A program made the position numbers and the translations under genes. A stretch of DNA of 64,000 nucleotides, from positions 8,865 to 72,864 of the forward strand of contig CAVWGT010000002.1 of the NCBI GenBank assembly GCA_963754585.1, in the 5' to 3' direction. The notes beneath the pieces are model-generated. The model was not told the origin of the DNA. It made no database searches and saw only the letters and a list, made by a program, of their open reading frames with translations. Within the stretch, counting starts at the first letter, position 1. Every line of letters starts with the position of its first letter. Below, in pieces: positions 20,716-27,995 of the stretch. The DNA comes from an uncultured Chitinophagaceae bacterium. Its GTDB lineage: Bacteria; Bacteroidota; Bacteroidia; Chitinophagales; Chitinophagaceae.

Positions 20716-20800
20716 TGTAAAAATTTATGTGACAGCAGGTTGCTAAGGAGATTTGAGTAGCTAAAAGCAGCATGCAAAGCGCTTTCGGATGACTTTGAAA
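20716..20800 (-). promoter_or_regulatory. lanB upstream region: the conserved 24-mer plus TTCAAA-type boxes in 21-bp register
   Basis: Minus strand CCTGCTGTCACATAAATTTTTACA (20739-20716) differs at 1 of 24 nt from the copy at 14255-14232. ACTCAAATC (20758-20750) has identical spacing to the box at 14274-14266. TTTCAAAGT (20800-20792) lies exactly 42 nt further upstream. Confidence 0.5.
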
Positions 20801-21499
20801 GTTTGTTCTCATGGTTCTGATCCCACGACAGAACCGGGTGCTTAACCCTCACAACTTACCAATAGGCCGGTGTGTCCTTTGCATTAGCCGGCTTGAAGTA
20901 AAGGATGCATTTGAAGGTTGATCGTAATGAAGCTGATTCCGGCGCTGGATCGAATGTGCAGGGGCCCGGAATTGGCCGCTTAAACTTTCTTCGTTGGAGT
21001 ACTTGTAGCGGCCGAAACTAACGGAGCAGCTCTTGCGCAATAAAGGTGTTAAAAGTAGCACGGATCTAGTATGCGCGGTGCTCTTAGTGGAGAATTCGGA
21101 GCCGCGGATCACCGCAATTCGCAAATCAAGGACATGTAGTTTCGGTAGAAATTGACCATGCAAAATGATTGATTTATATTTATTTAACTCGTGAGTAATA
21201 ATAGTCTGTTGGCGGTCAATCTACCACGGAATCGCATGGTCAAGCCGTCCGAATTCTCCATTCAATGCCCTGATTTGGAAGTTATAGCACGACTGTGTCT
21301 TCACCTTCATCCCACACGCTGCTAGCTGCTTCAATATATGCTTTACCACGGTAGTAACGCTGGTGTCAATCCATCTGTCAATCCAAAGATGTATTTGACA
21401 GGTCATATTCTGGCAATACAGGCTCCTTTGTTGATCCTTCTTTATAGTTAACCTGTTTACCGAGCCGAAGCAGATTATGGAAAAACGGTAATTGGGATT

Positions 21500-22241
21500 C
21501 AAAGATTTTTGCGGTGATTGATCTATATGCATCAGCAGTAAGACTGTGTAAGGATTATCGTTGTTATCATTTAAGCTGCATTGCAGATCTGAAGCTTGCC
21601 CAGCTGAGGTGATCACCACCAGATCATAACGGTCCTTTTCTGTTTGCTCAACCGGAAAGTTTCCCAACGGGTGATAATGGGAGGGCCTGATTGTTTTCAA
21701 GTTTTTTCATGATTTCCTTTCTCAGATTTTTCTCATGATTAGGTTGACCTTCCAGTGTTATTCTATATTTGCGACTTGCTTGGATGCTGTCAGATAAGTC
21801 AGTTATCCTTCTCAGGCAGATGCTTAGTGTAGAAATCGCTTTCCGCTTTTCTTCCGGTTCTTCATTAGTGAGCACCTCAACTGGTTGATTCAGCTGTTGC
21901 ACTGCTACACCGGCCATGATTTCTCTTCTTCCAACGGCGCTGGAAATAATGAGGAGGCATGAAGATAATCCTTTGTGCGATAACCCAGGTGTTGTGCGTC
22001 CGGTTCTAAGCAACCAAGAGATGAACGCCTACCAGAACAGATCGCAGATCTTTGCGGGATTTTGAAGACACTTACTTTTCATATTGCCCGGCACACGTTT
22101 GCTGCAACCGTGATACTGAGTAACAAAGTGCCGGTTGAAACAGTTTCTAAGATGCTCGCGCATCGATCTTTGATGCAGACGATGATTTATGCCAAAATTT
22201 TGGACGTGAAGATTAGAGAAGATATGAAGGTTTTGAAGTAA
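21500..22241 (+). pseudogene. Decayed tyrosine recombinase (Bacteroidetes integrase family): many stops, frame changes and an internal deletion
   Basis: My own translation. 22026-22241: EQIADLCGILKTLTFHIARHTFAATVILSNKVPVETVSKMLAHRSLMQTMIYAKILDVKIREDMKVLK* (HxxRH box and catalytic Y). Another frame just upstream gives ISLLPTALEIMRRHEDN...VLSNQEMNAYQ, and 21880-21925 gives LIQLLHCYTGHDF. No + ORF of 60 aa or more exists here. The 5' limit is approximate. Confidence 0.7.
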
Positions 22242-22274
22242 AAGTTGAAAGGGGATAATGCAACTCCCAAAAGA

Positions 22275-22313
22275 CGAAACAAAAATTGCGACATTGTCGC
22301 AATTTTTGTTTCG
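22275..22313. terminator. 39-nt perfect palindrome after the integrase remnant
   Basis: CGAAACAAAAATTGCGACA-T-TGTCGCAATTTTTGTTTCG. Confidence 0.55.
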
Positions 22314-22659
22314 TGCAAAAGCTTAGAATGATATTCTAATATGTAATGTAACCGAGAATTTGCTTGCCGTCATCAACCAGATAATCCAAGATGCTCAAAA
22401 TACTCATTCTGCGAATTGAATAATAGTCATCTTACTGAGCACAGATGCTGGAATTACAAATTTATCCTCCGCAGCATTTTTAATGATCGGTTGCATAATC
22501 AAAGTTGAATTGCCAATGGCTTAATAATGGCGGGTTTGATTATAATTGTTACTGATTTATAGAAAACGACTGAGTGAAAATTAAATCACTTACTGACCAT
22601 TGACTATTGGGGCTGATCCACAAATCCTGCCTTTAGTCGACGACTTTGGTTAATTCGGG

Positions 22660-25600
22660 TCAATATAAAATCAGCTTTCTGACCACCGTAGGGCCATCTG
22701 TGTTGACGTGGATTAGCACAACGCCGCTGGCGACTCCTGAGAGGTTTAAGGTTGCTTCTTTTGAAACCATCAGGACCCTGCCCGAAAGATCGTAGACAGT
22801 CACCTGCCCGATGGTGCTATTGGTCTGAATGTAAGCCCGGTGCGCAGCATCCGCCCACACAGTTACCGTTTGTTGAGGGTCTATAAATCTGACGGCCTGT
22901 ATGCGGGAATGTTCGGTTCTGCCGTCAAAATCAATTTGCCGTAAACGATAGTAGTTGATGCCCGGCATTGGTGTCTCATCTTGAAAAGCATAATACTTGA
23001 CCGTAGCCGTTGTGGCATTGCCGTCCACAAAACCAATGTCTTCCCAAGTAAAACCATTCGTGCTGCGCTCGATGTAAAATCCTGCATTATTTACTTCGGA
23101 AGCCGTACGCCAGTCTACTTTGATCACAGAGCCGACCGCTTTGGCATTGAACGAAATCAGGTTGACAGGCATTGGGTTGGCGTAACTGAGTTTCACAGCG
23201 TTGGACTCGTAAACGATGTTCCAGCCAGCGGGCATGCCCGTTACAGTGCTAAACGTACCGGCTATTGATGTGGCGTTGATGATCGTCATTTCGTCACCGG
23301 TTGTCGGTGTATAATTGAGGGTAAGAGCCAGCGTGCCACCCAGCGTGGCAGCTCCGGTAACGTCTATTCTGTCGTACTGGGTGCTACCAGCGCCATTGAG
23401 CTCTATATCCATGACGCTATTGCTGAAATCCTTGCTGCCGTTGAAAATTAGATCGCCCGGCGAATAACCGGGTGAGAGCACGCCTCCTGCATTCGTACAC
23501 GAAGCTGCAATTACCTGGCCCGAACCTTTGAAAACGCCGTCAGTGTTGTTGTTAAAAACACCCGATCCCTGCTGTGTAAGCAGGTTGGCAATCGGAGTGA
23601 CACCACCAATCGTTACTTTTCCGCCATTGTTAAGTGTGTTGTTTTCCAGAAAAATCCCTTCCTCCGCATGATCGACCCGGATATCTCCGCCCGTATTGTT
23701 GGAGAATGCAGTCTGGTTACGGATTCCGTAAGTTCCGGCACCGGCCACCGCGCCGATGGTAATCGTTGCCGCATTGGTAAAGGTCCCGTTGAAATTGCGC
23801 AGGGCAGCCAGCGTTGTACGGTCGATGCGGATATCGCCACCGGAATTGTTGACGAACTCGCTTGCATTGAAGATCCCGTGAACGCCCGAATTGGCATTCG
23901 CGCCAATGGTAATTGAGGCAGCATTCGTGAAGCTGCCTTTGAACTGATAAATGCCGGTGTCGCTTGTGCGGTCGATACGGATATCGCCACCAGTTTTGTT
24001 TACCAAAAACGACACGTTCAGGATACCATAAGTACCGGCATCAGCCACCGATCCGATCGTCAGAATGGCCTCATTCGTGAAGGTGCCGTTGAAAAGGCGT
24101 ACTCCGGCGAGCGAAGTATGATCAATCCTTATATTCCCTCCCGCATTGTTATTGAAAATGGTTTCGTTGAAAATACCATGAAGACCTACATTCGCGTTCG
24201 CCCCAATTGTGATGTCGGCTGCGTTGGTGAACGTGCCTTTCAGCTGATAGATCCCTGTGTCGGTCGTACGGTCAATACGGATATGGCCACCGGGGTTATT
24301 ATTAAAATCCATCTGGTTTGAAATTCCGTAGATACCGGCGTCTGCCACCGAGCCTATTGTAATTTCGGATTCGTTGACAAAAGTACCCCCAAGGTGCGCG
24401 ATAGCAATGCTGCCGGAACGATCAATGAAAATTCTTCCTGCTGGGGCGTTGTAGAAATTGCCCGTTCCTCCGGTCTGAATCCCGTAGTTCCCTGCCGACG
24501 CCGAAGCCCCGATGGTAATGTCGGCTTTGTTGATAAAAGAGGATTTGGAAAAAATAGCCGCCTCAGTCGATTGATCGATCCTGATATTTCCGCCAGCATT
24601 ATTGGTGAATTGGCCTTTCAGGTCGATCCCGTACTTTCCAACAGAAGCCAACGCTCCAATCGTGATTTTCGAGGCATTGATAAAAGTAGAGGCATTATCG
24701 ATGGCTGTCATGTTTGTCCTGTCAATGCTGATCGAACCGCCTGTATTGTTGTTGAAGGTTGCCTGTACCCTCATTCCATAATCTCCGCCGGAGACTGCTT
24801 CACCGATGACGATCTTCCCCAAATTACTGAATGTGCCTCCCTGATGCCACAACCCGGTGGGAAGCCCCGACGCGAGCCCACCGACCCGGTCGATCCGGAT
24901 CACAGCTCCATTGTTATTGGTAAACGAACCGCTCGCTATAAGCCCGAATCGCCCTACTGCATCCGAACCACCAATTGTGATTGTACCGTCATTGGTGGTA
25001 GTGCCGCTTGTTTCTAATCCCTGATTGCCGGTCCGGTCTATCGATATCGTTCCTGTGTTTACCAACGTTGCATTCGCATTACGCAAACCCGTTGTGCCCG
25101 GTTTCCCCACGGCACCGAGCGTGATGGTGCCGTTGTTTGTTAGGGTACTGGCTCCAATATTGATTCCAAGGTCGGTCACGCGGTCAATTTCCAAGGTCGC
25201 GCCAATGGCGTTGGTGAAAGTGCCCCGTGAATCCAGACCTATTTGGCCTGCCGCGGCCAGTGAACCGATGGTGATATTTGCTGCATTCGTGAAGGAATCT
25301 TTATCATTGTAAACGGCAGTTTTCGTGGTATTGTCAACCTGGATATCACCATCGGCGTTGTTATCAAATTCCCCAATGTTATAGATTCCGTACATCCCCG
25401 CACCCGCCATTGCCCCGATGATGATCACCGCAGCATTGGTGAAGGTCGCGTGTATAGACTTTATCTGGTCGAGATTGTTCACCAGGGCTTTGGTCGAAAA
25501 ACGGTCGATACTAATCGTTCCGCCATTAATGTTGTTAAATACGGCATCGTTCCAGATCCCGTGAAGCCCGATGGCCGTATTACCTCCGATTGTGATGGAC

Positions 25601-26142
25601 GCGTGATTGGTAAACGTACCGGATGCGTTGTAAAGGCCGGTATCTGAGGTATTGTCGATGAGGATCGTGGCCCCCGGCATATTATCGAATACGCCCTGAT
25701 TGATGATCGCGTAACTCCCCACACCGCTGCTCGTACCCAAAATTAGCTGACCGTTATTGCTCACTGTACCTTTATTATTCAGCCCAGCCGTAAATTCGAA
25801 AGGTACTGCATACGTAGCTGATCCGTTGATTGTAAGTATTGCTCCTGCACTGATAGACAGAGAACTCTCCGATGCTACATGCACAGCATATGCAACCACG
25901 CTCTGGCCATTTCCGATGACCGGGTCGTTGGTCGACACATTTGGAATAATTGCTTTGGTTGAAATATCCGGCACGCCGTTTGACCAGTTTGCGGCATTGT
26001 TCCAGTTTGTATTGGCACTGCCCGTCCAGGTTGTTTGTGCGCATGCTGCAGGGATTGCTGCCATAAATATGGCCAGTAGCAGGGACACCCTTTGTAAAAA
26101 TGTCCCGAGAAAAACGGACGATGCTTGTATCGTTCTTGTCAT
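22660..26142 (-). CDS. 1160-aa secreted repeat protein (about 14 x 50-aa units, beta-helix-like) with a T9SS type A C-terminal sorting domain
   Basis: Signal/anchor LLLAIFMAAIPAACAQ. Repeating unit FTNAxxITIGxxAxxGxxGIxNxxxFNNNxGGxIRIDRTxxxxIxxxxGT. C-terminus VTVYDLSGRVLMVSKEATLNLSGVASGVVLIHVNTDGPTVVRKLILY. Confidence 0.85.
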   Translation of the reverse strand: MTRTIQASSVFLGTFLQRVSLLLAIFMAAIPAACAQTTWTGSANTNWNNAANWSNGVPDISTKAIIPNVSTNDPVIGNGQSVVAYAVHVASESSLSISAGAILTINGSATYAVPFEFTAGLNNKGTVSNNGQLILGTSSGVGSYAIINQGVFDNMPGATILIDNTSDTGLYNASGTFTNHASITIGGNTAIGLHGIWNDAVFNNINGGTISIDRFSTKALVNNLDQIKSIHATFTNAAVIIIGAMAGAGMYGIYNIGEFDNNADGDIQVDNTTKTAVYNDKDSFTNAANITIGSLAAAGQIGLDSRGTFTNAIGATLEIDRVTDLGINIGASTLTNNGTITLGAVGKPGTTGLRNANATLVNTGTISIDRTGNQGLETSGTTTNDGTITIGGSDAVGRFGLIASGSFTNNNGAVIRIDRVGGLASGLPTGLWHQGGTFSNLGKIVIGEAVSGGDYGMRVQATFNNNTGGSISIDRTNMTAIDNASTFINASKITIGALASVGKYGIDLKGQFTNNAGGNIRIDQSTEAAIFSKSSFINKADITIGASASAGNYGIQTGGTGNFYNAPAGRIFIDRSGSIAIAHLGGTFVNESEITIGSVADAGIYGISNQMDFNNNPGGHIRIDRTTDTGIYQLKGTFTNAADITIGANANVGLHGIFNETIFNNNAGGNIRIDHTSLAGVRLFNGTFTNEAILTIGSVADAGTYGILNVSFLVNKTGGDIRIDRTSDTGIYQFKGSFTNAASITIGANANSGVHGIFNASEFVNNSGGDIRIDRTTLAALRNFNGTFTNAATITIGAVAGAGTYGIRNQTAFSNNTGGDIRVDHAEEGIFLENNTLNNGGKVTIGGVTPIANLLTQQGSGVFNNNTDGVFKGSGQVIAASCTNAGGVLSPGYSPGDLIFNGSKDFSNSVMDIELNGAGSTQYDRIDVTGAATLGGTLALTLNYTPTTGDEMTIINATSIAGTFSTVTGMPAGWNIVYESNAVKLSYANPMPVNLISFNAKAVGSVIKVDWRTASEVNNAGFYIERSTNGFTWEDIGFVDGNATTATVKYYAFQDETPMPGINYYRLRQIDFDGRTEHSRIQAVRFIDPQQTVTVWADAAHRAYIQTNSTIGQVTVYDLSGRVLMVSKEATLNLSGVASGVVLIHVNTDGPTVVRKLILY
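23650..25760 (-). repeat. In-frame 150-nt tandem coding repeats inside the T9SS protein gene
   Basis: 50-aa periodicity read from the translation. The C-proximal units are near-identical in pairs (GSVADAG[IT]YGI...GG[HD]IRIDRT[TS]DTGIYQ[LF]KG[TS]FTNAA[DS]ITIGANAN). Confidence 0.75.
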
Positions 26143-26240
26143 TGGGTATTTGGGTTTAATAGAAATTCACCAGCCGCGCGATATTACACACGGCTGATGT
26201 AGTAGCGTTTTTCCTTGTAAATCTTGTGAATTGAAGACCT

Positions 26241-26903
26241 TTATTTGCCTGGCTGCGGAACATAGCGCAGGTAGGGTTTCAGCGTTTTCCAGCCTTCCGG
26301 ATATAGCTCCTTTGCTTCCGCGTCGGATACGGCGGGAACGATGATGACCTCGTCGCCATCCTGCCAGTTTACGGGCGTTGCAACCCTGTGCCGGGCTGTG
26401 AGTTGCATGGAATCCAGCACACGGAGTATTTCGTGAAAATTGCGCCCGGTGGTCATGGGATAAGTCAAGTTCAGTTTGATCTTTTTGTCGGGCCCGATGA
26501 TGAATACCGAGCGTACAGTCTGATTCTTCAGCGCCGTCCGGCCTTCCGAAGTTCCGGGTTCCTCGGCGGGAAGCATATCGTACAACTTGGCAATGGCCAG
26601 TTCCGGATCACCGATCATCGGGTAATTCACTGCGTAGCCTTGTGTTTCCTCGATGTCGGTCTCCCATCTAAAGTGGCTTTCTACCGGGTCAACGCTCAGG
26701 CCGATCACCTTGCAATTGCGCTGCGCGAATTCAGGTGCGAGCCTGGCCATGTAACCCAGCTCGGTTGTACAAACAGGTGTAAAATCTTTGGGATGGGAAA
26801 AAAGGATGGCCCAGCCATCGCCGATCCATTCGTGGAACTGAATTGTTCCCTGGGTAGTGTCGGCTTGAAAATCGGGCGCGATGTCGTTTAATCTTAAACT
26901 CAT
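26241..26903 (-). CDS. 1-Cys peroxiredoxin (Prx6-type)
   Basis: IAPDFQADTTQGTIQFHEWIGDGWAILFSHPKDFTPVCTTELG, 220 aa. Confidence 0.9.
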   Translation of the reverse strand: MSLRLNDIAPDFQADTTQGTIQFHEWIGDGWAILFSHPKDFTPVCTTELGYMARLAPEFAQRNCKVIGLSVDPVESHFRWETDIEETQGYAVNYPMIGDPELAIAKLYDMLPAEEPGTSEGRTALKNQTVRSVFIIGPDKKIKLNLTYPMTTGRNFHEILRVLDSMQLTARHRVATPVNWQDGDEVIIVPAVSDAEAKELYPEGWKTLKPYLRYVPQPGK

Positions 26904-26954
26904 GATTATTGAAGGTTAATTTGATTTATGACCTGTGTATGGGGTTGATAACTG

Positions 26955-27191
26955 TCAGAAAAGCGTGTATCGCCTTTTACAGGTCTCGCATTCGTAACAT
27001 TCGGGTTTGAGGTTTCCCAATGAAACAATTTTCGCAATCCGGCCTAGCAGGCACATTTTGCCAGACACAACCAGGTTTCCGCCGCATATTGTGCAGCTAA
27101 TTCCGAAGATGTTCCGGTTGATGATTATTTTGTCCAGATCCAGCAAGCCCATAACGCCGTCAAAAGTGGCTCGTAACGGGCATAAGGGCAA
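26955..27191 (-). CDS. Small Cys-rich (zinc-ribbon-like) hypothetical protein; start uncertain (27191 or 27152)
   Basis: CTICGG...C...CYECETC pattern. Intergenic position between the prx gene and the LytTR regulator. Confidence 0.3.
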   Translation of the reverse strand: MPLCPLRATFDGVMGLLDLDKIIINRNIFGISCTICGGNLVVSGKMCLLGRIAKIVSLGNLKPECYECETCKRRYTLF

Positions 27192-27246
27192 AAAAAAGGG
27201 ACGAATGAGGCTGTGGTGGGATGAATGGGGGAAAGTTTGGGAAGAC

Positions 27247-27990
27247 TTAGGCGTCTGCCTTAATGCCGAGGGCCTGTAAAAGTGTGTCGCGGTAGGATTT
27301 GCCGATGGGAAGTTTTATGGTTCGAAGGGAGAGTTCGTTGGGGGAAATATCTTCGATAAAATGGGTGTTGACCGAAAAACGACGATGGATTCGGATGAAA
27401 CGACCAGGTTCCAGCTGTTCGATAAAATCGTTGATCGTAGACCGCACCATCACCTTTTTTTGAGATACAAGGTGTAGCAGCACATAGTTGGCTTCACTTT
27501 CCAGATACAGTAGTTCATCGAAAAAGATTTTTCTGAAAACATAACCGTCCTTTACAAACATAAAGTTTTTTGTGTAATAGGAAGCTGCCTTTTCGGGTTT
27601 AACGTCCGGTTGGCTACCCGTAAAATTGTGGAATGCGATTTCGATCGCGGCGTATAGTTCTTCTTTTGTAAACGGTTTCACGATGTATGCGTGAGGCTTC
27701 ACTTTTTTCGCCCGATCAATGGTCTCGACGTCGCTGTTGGCTGTCAGGAAAATAAAGGGTAGCTTGTATCTTTCATTAATATGCTCCGCAATATCGAAAC
27801 CATCCTTGCGACCGGCCAGCTGAATATCGAGTAACAGCAGATCGGGTTTTTCATGTTCAAGCATTTCGAGGGCTTCGGTATAGTTGATTGCCGGGCCGCA
27901 ATGTGCATAACCCAGCTCGTCGAGCGTGCTCAGGATCGTCCGGGCAATGACAAGTTCGTCTTCAACAACTCCTATTTTCAAATCTGCCAT
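27247..27990 (-). CDS. LytTR-family response regulator
   Basis: Receiver (KIGVVEDELVIA...DLLLLDIQLAGRKDG...YIVKPF) plus LytTR (ANYVLLHLVSQKKVMVRSTI...FIRIHRRFSVN). Confidence 0.9.
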   Translation of the reverse strand: MADLKIGVVEDELVIARTILSTLDELGYAHCGPAINYTEALEMLEHEKPDLLLLDIQLAGRKDGFDIAEHINERYKLPFIFLTANSDVETIDRAKKVKPHAYIVKPFTKEELYAAIEIAFHNFTGSQPDVKPEKAASYYTKNFMFVKDGYVFRKIFFDELLYLESEANYVLLHLVSQKKVMVRSTINDFIEQLEPGRFIRIHRRFSVNTHFIEDISPNELSLRTIKLPIGKSYRDTLLQALGIKADA

Positions 27991-27995
27991 AACGT

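Noticed and set aside
20849-22013. Minus-strand ORFs of 104, 159 and 121 aa (20849-21163, 21221-21700, 21648-22013).
   Set aside because: They lie antisense to, or next to, the decayed + strand integrase and have no recognisable motifs. They are most likely chance ORFs in degenerating DNA. I checked the 104-aa ORF for LanC-like motifs and found none.
23650-25760. Regular 150-nt periodic repeats that could be mistaken for a CRISPR-like or satellite array.
   Set aside because: The repeats are in-frame within one long intact ORF that has a signal peptide and a T9SS sorting domain. There is no repeat-spacer structure and there are no cas genes.
26388-26891. Long antisense ORFs inside well-supported genes. 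Examples: 26388-26891 opposite prx, 33219-33803 opposite AraC, 34466-35002 opposite the aldehyde dehydrogenase, 58279-58872 opposite the Zn-ADH, 24394-25017 and others opposite the T9SS gene, 2064-2660 opposite the ABC gene.
   Set aside because: Each is the mirror frame of a gene with strong conserved motifs, and none has motifs of its own. This is a typical shadow-ORF artefact.
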